From: Ramazzottius varieornatus
Lineage: Eukaryota; Animalia; Tardigrada
NCBI GenBank assembly: GCA_001949185.1
Contig: BDGG01000007.1
Coordinates: forward strand, 1,446,730-1,510,729
Reading direction: 5' to 3'
DNA: 64,000 bases
The translations under genes and the position numbers were made by a program. Under the pieces are notes generated by a model, which searched no databases, was not told where the DNA came from, and saw only the letters and a list, made by a program, of their open reading frames with translations. Numbering within the stretch: the stretch's first letter is position 1; each line of letters begins with the position of its first letter. Shown here piece by piece: positions 13,049 to 25,965 of the stretch.

Positions 13049-14461
13049 ATGCATTGAAAGTTGAACCCAAACAGAACCAAACTCCCGTAAAGAAGAGAAA
13101 AATACTACAGAAAGAGACTGCTCGTTTGCATTCACCCCTTAAGACCAGTCACCAAAAATACAGAAGCTGCATATTGCATTGTCAAAATGCGACGTTGCTG
13201 GAAGTAGCGCGAACAAAACGCGTCGTCAAAGTAACTTACCAGGCATTCCAAATCCCGATCCAAGGTAATATCTACATCTAATATTCGTTTGGTTGTTTGG
13301 CATACGAAAATGTTTTCAGAGCAGGCTGACGCGTAAGGAGAAACCTGCCTTGTCGCGTACGTTTAGCTTCTTTCGCTATGTGGTCGAAAAATCCATTCAC
13401 GTTCTTGGACAGCTGATAATTTAGGCTGGTCGGAGTCGTCGCGACCGACTTGCCGAATGTCTCTAGTTTGAAATTGTTTAAAAAACGGATTTTTCGTGTG
13501 GGGTGTTGAGGGTCGGTTCCACTTTTCTAGGACACCGTTTACCGAAACTCTTGTTACGGGGAAGAGGCAGTCACTTCAGGCAATCACACTGGTTACGGTG
13601 GCCCTAAATTTCGGTTGATACATGGGTCAGACAACGAGGAACGCGTACGTACGTCACACCAGACTTTTAGTGATAATATCATTGCCGGACTAGCTCCCGT
13701 TCCAGGCACGACTCGAATGTATGACTTCGGGAAATGTCATTTCTTCCGGGGTAACGCGGTGGACCAGACCGTGCGAGCAGACCGAAGAACTTGATGTCAT
13801 AGAAGGCTAGTTCCAAGCGAAAATGCTTTGGACGCATTCTTATATGGAGATACCCACATGGCCAATACGTAGGTACGCCGCACAGTAGTATCAGCAAAAA
13901 GAAACCCGATTTCGGGGACCTTCGATCGTGAGAGCTGTTTTCTTCAGCACTGTACCGGAATATCGTTTGGGCAAAATTTTAACTGATACTTTGGCTAACT
14001 TTGAATATTAGCTAACCACAATGATAATGTTCCAGAATACCATTTTGCACGATGATTGGCCAGCCATAACTTTAACCGAGCAATTTATCGCTCGATGACG
14101 TGAATTGAAACTCTGAACGGCTCTTGCAAACACTTTCGAATACAGTCCGGTATTACAAGAAGTGGACACCGTTTTTCCATTTCAAAATTGCTAAATTACG
14201 GCAAACATAAGAGCGCTCGCTATAAGTACTTTTGATTGTTTGTTCGTTCGTCCACACAACACAAGCAATCTGTTGTATTAGCTTTTGTTCTCTGTTCAAA
14301 GTATCGAACTTCTCTTTCTTATCGCACCGAGTCTCTATTAGACAAGCAGCAGAGATTCAAGAAGACGTTTTCAGATTGATGATTCGTTCGACAGACGGGA
14401 TCCAATGAAATATATATCTCGCGGACAGCCAGCGAATAACGCAAGGCACTTCCGGTGTAGC

Positions 14462-14681
14462 TAGTGTTGGTCCGACCCGACCGGGTCGTCTGGTCGAGAC
14501 CCCACATTGTAGGGTCGTGACCAAACGACCCTTGGTCGATCGACCCCGGGTCATTTGGTCGACCCCAGGGTTGTTTGGTCGACGAAGTGGCTTAGCCATC
14601 GACCAAACAACCCTGGGGGGACCAAGCGAGCGGGGTCGATCAACCACGAGTCGTCGACCCGGTCGGATCGGACCTACACTG
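14462..14681. mobile_element. Non-autonomous DNA transposon (MITE), 27-bp TIRs, 7-bp direct flanks GTGTAGC
   Basis: tagtgttggtccgacccgaccgggtcg / cgacccggtcggatcggacctacactg; gtgtagc at 14455-14461 and 14682-14688; interior rich in GGTCGA/TCGACC. Confidence 0.8.
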
Positions 14682-15680
14682 GTGTAGCCTTGCAACCGAA
14701 AAATCCCTGCATCCAGAAAACTGGACTCGCTTACCACGGAAATGGCTTCGTGGTAAACGAGTACAGCTATGAAGGGATGGTCAAAGGTTGACGGCTCGGC
14801 TAGGCGAAACTGCTTTCGAAAATCTGGCGCTTTCACAAGGTGGAAAAGCAGTGGTTGATTTTCCCTCATATTTATTGTTAGTGGACTCTTGACGTCACCT
14901 CTTTCTGTTTTGGCAAGCTATTAGGTAAATGTTCAACTGGTGAAGAATAAGCGACCGGACTGTTTCTTTGAAAAGGAACTTTATTCTCGAATAGCGTGGT
15001 CTGAAAGTGTCACGGCTGTTGAAATTTATCCGAAGTTACGGATCCGACGCAGTAACTATTCGGCATTCTGCACAACTGCAAACGATATTTACATCAGTAA
15101 TCCACATGGCTGGTTGACATAAATATCAGCTAACGTTTCGGTCACGCGATAATCATCGCCGGCATTGTGGTCAAACGGTATTCTGACCGCTATTTTCGGA
15201 CCGCGCAGACTCGTTGCAAGCGACTGGTGACCCGGATCCAAAAGCTTCGCATGCGAAAGCAGATACTGGAACGGTGCAACCCTTCTTGCTTTTTATTTGG
15301 GTTCTGAGAGACTAAAAAAATTACAGTGAACAATACAGTCCGCTGGCTCGAAATCCGTACACTCTTCGGTTTCAGGTTAAAACTTGCTCAACATTCACCA
15401 CACAGCATGCCAGGCCAAAAGTGTCGGACGGTGCCATGCGCGGTATAGCTGGGTCATTCGTACATGCCCCATCGTAACCCGTCTGTACCGTTCGACCTTT
15501 CTGAAGTTTTGCAGCCTGTCAGCGCAACGTGAATCCAGGGCAACAGCTGTTTATTAGCTGTAGGATTCGGTTCAACAAAGATTATCTGCAGCATCATATG
15601 GTTGAAGAAACATTCTGCGATACTAGCATATCTAATTGCGAACTGTCATCTCGAGTTACGTCTACGGTACTGCCGAATAC

Positions 15681-18600
15681 ATGAGCATTGCGGCATCATA
15701 CCAAATGGAAGCCTTCAACACAAAATTCGCCTTACTCGGTTTGTTCCAAATGACCAAGCTTTCTTTGTGTGCTACTAGATCTTGCTACACGTGCACAGGT
15801 CTTCTCGGCTACAGCGGGGATATGTCCTGTATGCAACCTGCAACCGGAAGAACCGCCATGCGGAATGACTGTACCTCATGTTACTCTTCCACAAAGGACG
15901 TTTATCGATACAGTAAGCTTGATCAAACTGTGGAAGAACACTTATCAGACTGCTAAATTAGTCGGTTTTTGCTCTGATAGGTCGGTATGTTCAAAGAGGA
16001 TGCCTGAACGCAACGGACTCACCGACCAACGGATGTATCCAGACAGGTGGCGGGATGAAAACATGCTTTTGCGCTAACGGCGACTACTGTAACGACATGA
16101 ACTTCATCAAGACCACAGTGTCACCGCCGAACATTGCTCTGGGCAGCGGCAATGATACCGATATCGAATGTTACAACTGCTTTGGTGAGAACGACGAGAC
16201 TTGCCGCCGTTTCGATCCGTCAAGCAACAAGTCAGTTCCCCCGACCATTCGCTGTTCTGGAGCTTGTTTCTGGCAAACTTTGCAGCCACCTTATTCCACA
16301 CGTGAGCATAGGTTCGCAGGATTGAATTTAATTTGTGCAGAAGAGGTAAGCTGGATATACGTCATCATTTTTTCGACCAATGGGAAGAAAAAAATTGGAT
16401 TCTTCCGCGTGTCTTGATGCAGGTCGATACTACATGGTTCTTGAGGTGTAGGAAAAGAGAATCGAGCCGATCTGACGGTTAACTACACTTTAATGACCGA
16501 TCCACTATTCCCAAACGGTATAGTGTCTCAGTGGAGCCTTCTGTGCTTATAATCATGATCATGGTATTATACGGTTAGTTTTCCCGTAAATAATTAAACT
16601 TATCAACAACAGCACTGCGCATCTTTATGTTACGCGACAAGCGATAATGAGCAATACCGACGCTCATAAACTTCACTGAACATCTGGAACCGTCCCACTA
16701 ACATCCATACTATTCAGTATGACAACCTAAGGAAATGTGGGTCGACAATTTTATTATGTTTGACAGGAGCTCTTATATCGTTCGCTCAAATACAAAACGA
16801 ACGAACCTAAAGCAGAAAAATCTTGTGTAATGGATCGAGCTGAACGCTTCAGCATGACAAGTTCGGTTTCACAGAGCAAAGCAGATACTGCATAGGTACT
16901 CATTACGAAAAAAGTAATGGTATTAGTGCCACACGAACGCAAATTTTTCTGTCCAAGAGGCGTGAGTTACGCAATCAAATTCGCGTCCGTTTGTTATTGG
17001 CAAGCACTTTCAGAAGTCCGAGGGCATAATTTACATGCCAAAAATCGCATTTGTAAAGCTCTAGTTGAACGTGCTGTGCCATTAGTGTGAGTTGTGGAAA
17101 CGCTGACTTATTCGAGCGCGAGTTACTGACTCGCAGCGCTGCAGAATGTTTGCTCTGCGATTGATTTCGTTGGTTTTACCTGGTTATTGTCTCGCTGAAT
17201 GTCACCCTGTTTTTTCAACATCGGAAACAGTCCAGTGACCATCAAGGACGATCGCAAAGTCTTCCCCTTTTTTAGATATGGCGGATCACTGAAAGGTTGG
17301 CAGAATCAAATACCGCTAAAATCACTTTGGCCTATTTACTATACAATGCATCGTATGTTCTGTTTACAGACTCCGGTCAGTTGGCCGAAGACGATGGGAG
17401 GCCTTACGAGCAGATGAACATTATTCGCAACCGCCGAGCCAACGAGTACGCGTATGCCATCGCTGACTACATCCGTGAAGACGCCGACGCCATCGACGAT
17501 GACATAGCTATCCATGATCTACCGACTCAAGGTCTACCCGAGTTGGATCCAACCAGAGTGAAGGACAAAGACGGGGCACCTTCAAGAATTACGCTGAATG
17601 GTTGCCGGTTTATGATTCCCTGACCCACTCCAAGCGCGAGGACGCTCTGTTCTGCAAGTACTGTGCTTTGAGTTTTGGACACCCGGCTAAGTACTATCCT
17701 TCTAGTCAGTTAGCCAACTTGGAGTTTGTGTCCAGAGGCACGCGCGCCACACAAGCTCTGAACTGCCATAAGGGAAATCCATGTCATACAGCTGCCGAGA
17801 CGGCAGCAAAGATATGGCTCGATCGTCACGCCCCATTGCCACCACCAGAACTTCTCGTGGAAAAGTTACCACCAACACTGACCAGCACGCAGCGCGCAGG
17901 TTTCGAAGGTGCCTTCATCAGTATTTCCATAGTGGTGGAACTGCTTGCCAGGCAAAGCTTGGCGTTCGGTAGGTCCAAGTCATTGCTCGGAAGAACCTCC
18001 CCCCCCCCCTAGTCAGCACTGGCCAACTGTATGAATCCGGTGACGAGATACTTTTACGTCATCCGACGTCGACCTCCGGTCGGAAGCGTTTCACTTCAAG
18101 TGGACCACAGAACAAAATCATTACCCTGCAAGGTCGACAAATCCGCGAACAAATCTTGACGGAGGCAAGACGTTCATTGTGTTGATATAATTGGTTGGTA
18201 GCCTGGCAGAATAAATAATTTTACGAGATGAACTTTTGTGCAGGCACGAGCAAGTCGGTACTTTTCTATCATCGCGGACGGAACCATTGACACGGGCAAA
18301 ATCGACCAGCTCACCTTGGTTACAAAGTTCATCAAGTTTACGGATGTCACGGGGAGAAAGACTGGTAGGTACTTTTTCTGTGGTCTTTGACGGCTGATTT
18401 ATGAGAGATTTCACTTAATAATTTCAGTTTATCCACACAGGGGGGGCTATCGCTGGGCTCATACAGACGGAAATCAAGTCTTTTGGCCTCAAAATGGAGG
18501 ATCTTCGTGCGCAGGGCTTCGACGGCGGATCGAGTATGGCGGTAAAGTTCATCGGAGTGCAGGCGCGCATATTAGAAATAAATCCCAAAGCCCTCTTTGT

Positions 18601-20872
18601 ACACTGCTTTGCTCACGGTCTTAACCCAGTGGTGGAAAAGCCCATGGAGTCATCTGTGGGCCTGCTGATGACTCTCAATCAAGCGGGGAATTTCTTTAAT
18701 AGTCCAGGCCGAAGCTTGATTCTCAAAAAGCACATTAACATGGCGCCGCCTTATTTAAGCAGATGATTAACCAGATGGGTCAGTATCTCTCAGATGGCAA
18801 CTTCGGTGCGCGAATCCACCGTGTCAATACTTAATGCTGCGCTGGAAATCGCGCAGGAAGCGACTGCGCCGGCAGCAAGAACTGATGCAACGAACCTCCG
18901 GAAAGCAATCATGGATTAGGAGTTGTTGTTTTCGCTTTGTGTAAGAAGAGAACAACGTTAAGCGTTGATTGGTTTTCTCGTCACTCAACAAAGGGTGCTA
19001 TGTGTTACAGATGGCTGAACCTCTGCTCGACAATCGGCGAACTCGATCAATCGGCGAACCGTCGAGCTGCAACAGGCCGATATCGACTACCACGAAGCAG
19101 TTGAGGGGCAGCTCGACGACCTGCTCGGCTTACGTTTCCTGCTTGGGCAACCTACACAGCGGAAAGCCGTGGATGCGTGTTGAAAGGAAGCAGTGGACGT
19201 TCTCGGACCAGAAGGCATAGAACCGAGACTACCCTGGGGGATAACACAGAAGCGGCACTTCGATGAAATGAAGCGAGCAGTACCGGCCGAAGTCATGCCC
19301 ACTGACCCCAAAGAGTTTTACGAAAAGAGATTTTTCGTACCTTTCATAACAGAACTAATTGCTTTGTACAAATTTCGCTTTGGCAAGAACTCCCGAGATT
19401 TTTCGCGCATTGCGCTTCTTATTCCTTCGCAAGTCCTTGCGCTTTCATCCAATATGGAACAGTTCGAGGATACTTTTGTGTTCTACAAGGACGACGTCAA
19501 TTCCATAACATTCGGAAAGTTTGTAGGTCAGTTGCAGCAATGGCAAAATCACTGGATTGCTGAAAAGGTACACGTCATTTGTGTATTACTCCCATTATTA
19601 ACAATCGTTGTTTCTGAATTAAAGATTGATCTTTTTCAGGTGAAAGAAACGCGTTTCCCTAAGACTGCAAGCAAAACACTGAAGTATTTTATTAGCAACT
19701 TGTATACGGAGCGCTTCAGCGACGTCTACTCTTTCATGTAGATCTTTGCCGTTACCCCCGTCACTTCTGCAACAGGCGAACATTCCTTCTCAACGTTGAG
19801 GATTGAGAAGAATTACCTTCGTTTCACGTATGGGCAACGATCGCCTGAACGGACTCACCCTAACCAATGTCCATAAAGGCTACCGAATCGATCAAAAACA
19901 AATCGCTCAAAAGTATCTCGAGTTACCACTCGGGAACTTGCTGCTGACTGCGGAGCCAACGCGCGAAATCAACCTCGCTGACATGGAGGATGCGGATGAG
20001 ATCGATCAACAAGGCCTGGATCCAGAACTTCAAGGGTTGGATGCGGACGAGTAATATCAATATGTGCAATGCTTTCACTGATAAGCACGCTTTCATTATG
20101 GAAACAGCTCTTAACAAATCTCTTCAGAATTTTATCGTTTTTGGATTTCCATATCATGTCTGATGATAACATCAGATTATTACCCGTCCCTCTAATATCT
20201 AGACACATTAGATTCGTTCAGTGTGGCTTTGTTCACTTCAAGCGTATCTACTCTTTCATCCAGTAACGACTACCTGCATCCTCGAGGTTACGTTATGAGT
20301 GCTCGAGCGAGCACCGTGAACATATAGTAAGACGGATTTCACGCTTCACCAGTCGAAAAAATTTGGCCGGTCATTAAAGTGTAGTTAACTGTCAGATCGG
20401 CTCGATTCTCTTTTCCTACACCTCAGGAACCATGTAGTATCGACCTGCATCAAGACACGCGGAAGAATCCAATTTTTTTCTTCCCATTGGTCGAAAAAAT
20501 GATGACGTATATCCAGCTTACCTCTTCTGCACAAATTAAATTCAGTCCTGCCAACCTATTCATGTGAGTTTATACACAGAAACATTTTTGTCAGTTCTAC
20601 CTAATATCATGTCGTTGACAGCATCTGCAAATGGCTCCACCTCGCTTATTCTTCGTGGTTGCACGTTCAATCCGGCAGATCGGAAAAGGGGTACCGCTCA
20701 CCAGACGGTCAAGCTGAGTTATGACGGTAATGCCGGAGAGGGCGTCCAGACAGATTTCTGTACAACTAACCAATGCAACAACTTCACATTGCCCGACAGC
20801 GGAGCCAGGCATCTCGGTTTTTCGACAGTCTATTTAAGTGGTATCTTTATATGCAGATGGGTGCTTGTATAG
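15681..20872 (+). CDS. Two-domain Ly6/three-finger protein, copy A (last intron expanded by a hAT insertion)
   Basis: Exons at about 15681-15912, 15981-16301 and 20622 (or 20595)-20872. SCYTCTG...CTSCYS...RGC...TCFCANGDYCN, then IECYNC...CSGACF...LRGC...FCTTNQCNN and a hydrophobic tail. Collinear with the copy at 21175-22113. Confidence 0.8.
16309..20558 (+). mobile_element. hAT-superfamily DNA transposon with 191-bp terminal inverted repeats
   Basis: 16309-16499 and 20368-20558 are near-perfect reverse complements starting TAGGTT. The interior encodes hAT transposase motifs. Confidence 0.9.
17297..20054 (+). pseudogene. Disrupted hAT transposase (DUF4371/ZMYM1-type, hAT dimerisation domain)
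   Basis: LFCKYCAL, YFSIIADGTIDTGKIDQL, LRAQGFDGGSSM...GVQARI...ALFVHCFAHGLN, TRW, PVTSATGEHSFSTL, MGNDRLNGLTL. Interrupted by in-frame stops (e.g. 18764-18766, 19739-19741) and frameshifts. Confidence 0.88.
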
Positions 20873-21174
20873 TCAGCTACGATGCATTTACACGACGGGT
20901 TTGGTGTGACTGAAAAGTTTTTGTTTTTCTTTGTAGCAGTGTCCGACGTTAAGTCTTCCAGACACAGATCTGGGCAACGTAAACTGAATATGAGTGCCGT
21001 GTAACCAAAACATGACCTTCATGGTTTCTTGAACTGTCAAACAAACCAGACGCAGCCGCGACCATATCGTACCTTATTGTGCCTTCAATTGGACCAAAAG
21101 GGAAAGTTAAATTTGTATTACGGGAAGGATCTTGCTATTCAGTTCTTGAATCGTAAATATGTAGACTGTCGCTT

Positions 21175-22113
21175 GTGAGCCAGGTAAAACATCTAAAGGC
21201 GATACTTCCTCTTTCTGTAATTGTGGTGCTGGTGGAAAGTGCTACTGGCGGAAACTACTCTTGCTACACTTGCACCGGGCTTGTGGGCTATGAAGGTGAT
21301 TCGACTTGCACACAGCCTTCAAACGTCACCTCAGTCAGGAAAGGCTGCGTGTCCTGTTATTCCATGACAGAGAAACTCAACCCTTATAGTAAGAGAACTG
21401 CGGGTCCATCAAAGATGTACCACACGAGCGCACAATATGTCTGATTCGAGTATCTAGGTCGCTACGTTCAACTTGGTTGCCTGAACCGTACTGACATTCC
21501 CACTATTGGCTGCTTATCGACTGGAGGCAACCAAAAGACGTGCTTCTGCTCAAATTCGGACAACTGCAACGACGTGAACTTCCTGAAGGCTTCTGTAGAT
21601 CCACAGAGACCGGTCACTGGCGCGGAGGACAGTAGTGCCATCGAGTGTTATTATTGCGGCAGAGACTACGGAGAAGATTGTGACTACGTTCATTCCGATC
21701 AGACGCCGACCAGTCGATGCTCTGGAGCTTGTTTCCATCAGTTGAAGACGGAACCTTACTTCTCCCGTAAGATCCATCTCTGGAAGTTCGATGGGCATCG
21801 AATGTCATGATGGCGTAATGAGAGACCCCCATTGTCTTCTGTAGAAGTGATGGATGGTTGGCCGTACATCATGCGTGGATGCACTTACAACCCAGATGAC
21901 AGGAAAAAGGGCAATGATACACGGGAAATAAAGTACTCGTACGTGAACAACACGCTACAGGGAAGTGAAACGGTGCTTTGTGATACTACCAAGTGCAACA
22001 ATTTCTCCTTTCCTCGAGAATCTGCCATGTCGCTCCACAACTCGTTTGAGCCATGCCTGGTGGGTTCCTTATTGTCTAACTTACAGCTGCTCTCTCAAAC
22101 TCTCTCGTTTTGA
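21175..22113 (+). CDS. Two-domain Ly6/three-finger protein, copy B
   Basis: Exons at about 21185-21388, 21458-21766 and 21845-22113. YSCYTCTG...CVSCYS...TCFCSNSDNCN; IECYYC...CSGACF...MRGCTYNPDDRKKG...LCDTTKCNN. The ATG is probably in an unidentified upstream exon. Confidence 0.8.
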
Positions 22114-24357
22114 TTTATTAACGGGACCTTTTCGTTGTTAATCTACTTTCCTTCTCAGCACTTGCATCCTGTGTTTCGGTAGCACCATATTTATATCAGG
22201 CAAATAGCATTTCGTTGGTGTTCGGATTTGTGCTAGGTAGCTCTAAGGTATGGTCCTCCTTCCACCGGTAGTGCAGAAAAACTGTGAGCTGAGATTCCAA
22301 CTTCATTGTGCTTGTGGCATACTGTAACTTATTCCAAGTTCGATCTCCTAGCATAAAACATGGCGGATTTGAAACACATGAGGATGGATCTAGAGTATGT
22401 TGTTGGGAACTTGAGTTAACTATCATCCTCGAGGGTTAACACCGTATGGTATTCAGTTGCAGCTTTAACCAAGACAAGCTGAAAATACGTGCTACAGATT
22501 CTATCACCAAGCAAATCATTTTCGACGGAAGTCATTCGATCCTGATTATCACAAGCGCGCTGTGGCATAACACTTTGCGCGGATCCAAGAAAACAGCTGC
22601 TACGGCTCGGCTTTGGTGCCACCGTCTGAAAGTCAAATTTGACGTTAACACATGGTCGTCGCACGAGCCAGTCGAAAGATCTTCACTTCACGATGGCAAA
22701 TAGACCAACAATCACTCCCACCACAATAAGGCCTGTAGAAAGTATGCCAGCCAGCAACGAGGATTTTTCTGTCTCATAGAATGTTCACGAGTCAGTTTTG
22801 GAATGGTTGCTATCGACCAATACTCGACGCTTGTAGCCCGGGCACTTATTACCTTATTACCCGTTGGAATAGTAAAAGTAAGACAACCTTTGGTAACAAG
22901 TGCACTGATCTTTGGTCACAAGTGTACCGACTTTTGGCGATAAGTATGACGAATTTTACCAAACTTGATTTTTTTCCGTACCCTGCGGTTTCTTTCCTAA
23001 AACGTGTGCCACCGGACCAATCTTGGAAAAGGGACGGCTTGAGCTTTATCGTAAAATGACTTGTTGGTAGTTATAGAAGTGCAAGCTGGGCGGTTTAGGC
23101 GCCGAAAGAGTTCGCAACGCCTCTGACGGCAAAGATAACGGTCTGTGAGCTAAGCTCTGTCTGCTGGTGCCGAGTGCTTTTGGCGTCGTGGCTACTTCAT
23201 CCTACATCTTTTGGGGATTTTTTGACGGCCATAAGTCTTAGATCATGAGGCGGGACAACTTAGCTGTATCAGAAAGTTAACATCAGCTCTTGATCATCCC
23301 GCTACCGGGGAAGAACAGCTCATAGGATCTTTAATCCTCACTATGTATGGCCCTGTACGTGGTCGCACGTGTAAATCAACCCCGAGTAGCGAGAACACGT
23401 GGGCGGCTAATCAACGATCAGCTGTCAATCAGACACACAGTCACGTTATCGTGCTTGATTGTGGTGAGTCTTAGTGAGATTTTTCAAATTCACGTATTTG
23501 ATGCCTTAATTGCTTGATCACGTTGTTTATCTTTAACATTGGCCCGGCCAGTGTCGAGAAAAACACGACGGAAGTTTCTTCCTACATACAATGTTTTCTG
23601 GGCAAACAAAAAATTCACTACTATCTATGAATTCACTATTATCTAATTGGTAAAACTGCCACGACTAGTTCGGAAAAAGTTTCTGTCTATGCTTGGCCGC
23701 TAGCGCGTTAAGGGCGACTGGAATGTGTCCGCTTTCACGTATCCGCTAACTCGTTTTTCTCAACCACCTTCTAAAAACGAAGCGATATTGAACCTCGTGC
23801 AAAAAGGCGGATGAAGTCATTGCTCCGAAACAGGGTGAGTCCGTCTGGAGACCGATCTCTTATACCGCCTCTGTCTAAAGGTTCTGAAAACATTGTAGCG
23901 TACAGATTTTGAAATGTCTAAAATAAACGCCGTTTGTTCTTAGGCAAAAGATCGACGGAAGCACATCTTCTTTGCATGGTCCATCAGTCGCAAGCCGTTT
24001 CCGAAAAGAAGGAAGGCCGAGCGGGCTCCCTCGGCTAAACCAAAGCCTTCGCTCGAGTCCCACAAGCAAGGTCTCTCGTCACCGCGGTACCCGCAGGGCG
24101 GTCGGTCTAGTGGTCCGTCGTTGTTTCTTATCCAGATCTTCTGCTGCGGAGTAGCAAAGCCTTCGCTCGAGTCCCACACGACGTCCTAGTCGCAAGCCTG
24201 CAAGACCATGGCATCACTGGCGCCGTGCTGCAGTGGATGTGTGACCGTCTGAGAGGCAGGAAAACAGTGTGTAACCTCCGGTGGGTACTGCTGAGTCCAG
24301 CGTTGTCCGGTCAGGCGTTCCGCAAGGTTCAGTTCTGGGCCCGCTGTTCCTCATTTA

Positions 24358-24561
24358 CTGTATTCCCTCGATGGTTTCGCGAATCACGTGACGGTCGACG
24401 TAAATATTACCCGGCGGGGATGGAAAATGCCTGTGTCTTTAATCAACGTTAGTTGCCGATCAAGTTCCGTAATGGGCGACAATCAGACAATCAGAGATGT
24501 CAGTGCGGGTGTAGTTTACTGGTGCGATGACGTGGTTCGCGAAACCATCGAGGGAATACAG
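24358..24561. mobile_element. MITE, CTGTATTCCCTCG family (TA target site, Tc1/mariner-type)
   Basis: 26-bp TIR ctgtattccctcgatggtttcgcgaa / ttcgcgaaaccatcgagggaatacag, flanked by TA. Confidence 0.8.
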
Positions 24562-24844
24562 TATTGTAGCAGTCAACCAGATATCCGGCTGTTCTGAGGT
24601 CCACTTTTTAGCACTGTGACGACCTGGTATTGTATTAAGAGTAGGAGAGGACGGTGACCGTCAGGCTTTCCAGGCTACTGTACATCATGCGGGAGAGAAC
24701 TGTATGAATGCGAGGCCGAGTCTGAACCCAAAACAACCTCAACACGTTCGCCTGTCCTTCAAGAGAAGCACTTCCGTGATGTCCATCTACAATCATAGGG
24801 CGAGGTATTTCGCTAGCGATCCAAGCGCAACTAAGGCTCACACT

Positions 24845-24970
24845 ACTATATTCCCCCAAGGTTTTGCGCAGACACATGACAGGCCCATAAAATAATCCCT
24901 GGGTGGATCGTGGTTCAGTCCAGCAATTCACATCATCACATGGGCCTGTCATGTGACTGCGCGAAACCAT
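24845..24970. mobile_element. Degenerate copy of the CTGTATTCCCTCG MITE family
   Basis: tgcgcagacacatgacaggcccataaaataatccc...gggcctgtcatgtgactgcgcg matches the element at 38154-38282. Confidence 0.7.
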
Positions 24971-25633
24971 TGTGTGAATGAGGTATACCCCTGGCTAGCG
25001 GTGCTGCGAGAAAGGGGAAATGGACCAGAAACAGACCAAGACTGTATTTCCCTTGTGAAACGACGGGCTGCATGACAGCATCGGATATCTACAGTATATG
25101 TCTTGAACTGATCGGACTTCCAAGCGAAAAATTCGGACTTCCAAGCGAAAAATCATTGGTGGACCCCTGAGTTTCACGATCACTTGGGTATCTGCATACG
25201 AGAATGCGTCCAAAGGGTGTCGGACCAAATTGTTCAGGAAATGAGTTTTTGCGTTTTGTCCCCGATCATGTTTTCCAAGTGCGTATCTACCTTCACCAAA
25301 CAGACATCCCTGAACCTGAATTCGGTGGCGAAAAGCTTATTCCCTGAATGGTACCCATTTGTCAAGGGTGCACCTCCCACTGTCGGATCATGCCACGAAC
25401 TTTCTGACTGCCAGCATCCATGCTATAGATCATGTGAGTGGGGCATTTCCGGGGGCTTTGCCCCTGTTTCTGGAGCTTCAGCTCGGACGAACTCGAGAAT
25501 CTCGGAAAACAATGAAAACCGAAGGGCAACTAGAGCACTGGGCCGCAGGTCCAAACGTACGTCGCAACTGTGCTGCGCACATCCCCAAGTCGCTGTGCGC
25601 TGCGCTGTGCTGCACAAGTTTCATGACTAGTGG

Positions 25634-25965
25634 CAGAGTGAAACAATCAACTAACTAGTGTATTCACTGCAGTGACAGACCATTGTATGAAACAGTTGCC
25701 CGTAGTCGATCAAGAATCTTCTTGATTGAAGGGATGGATTCGACTACGTGCTTCGAGAGTGCAGTCTCCGAGATTGTGGTCACGTGGTCAAAGTCGGCCC
25801 TGGTCAATCAAGGGCTAACCCACGATCAACAAGCGAAAGTCCGCCCTGAGAAACGATCAATAATTAACGTGTATGCCTACGCTTGATTGAGAGGACAGAT
25901 TTCTCCAGTGTCGCAACGTGCCTTTCCTGCAGTAAATACACTAGTTTGTTGATGGTTTCACTCTG
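25634..25965. mobile_element. MITE, ~39-bp TIRs starting CAGAGTGAAAC, 7-bp direct flanks CTAGTGG
   Basis: cagagtgaaacaatcaactaactagtgtattcactgcag / ctgcagtaaatacactagtttgttgatggtttcactctg; ctagtgg at 25627-25633 and 25966-25972. Confidence 0.8.

Noticed and set aside
14357-14869. 170-aa minus-strand ORF
   Set aside because: It runs through a palindromic MITE and has no recognisable protein motif.
23940-24180. Direct repeat aaagccttcgctcgagtcccaca (about 24042 and 24156)
   Set aside because: Only two short copies with no TSD, LTR or poly-A hallmarks, so it cannot be classified.
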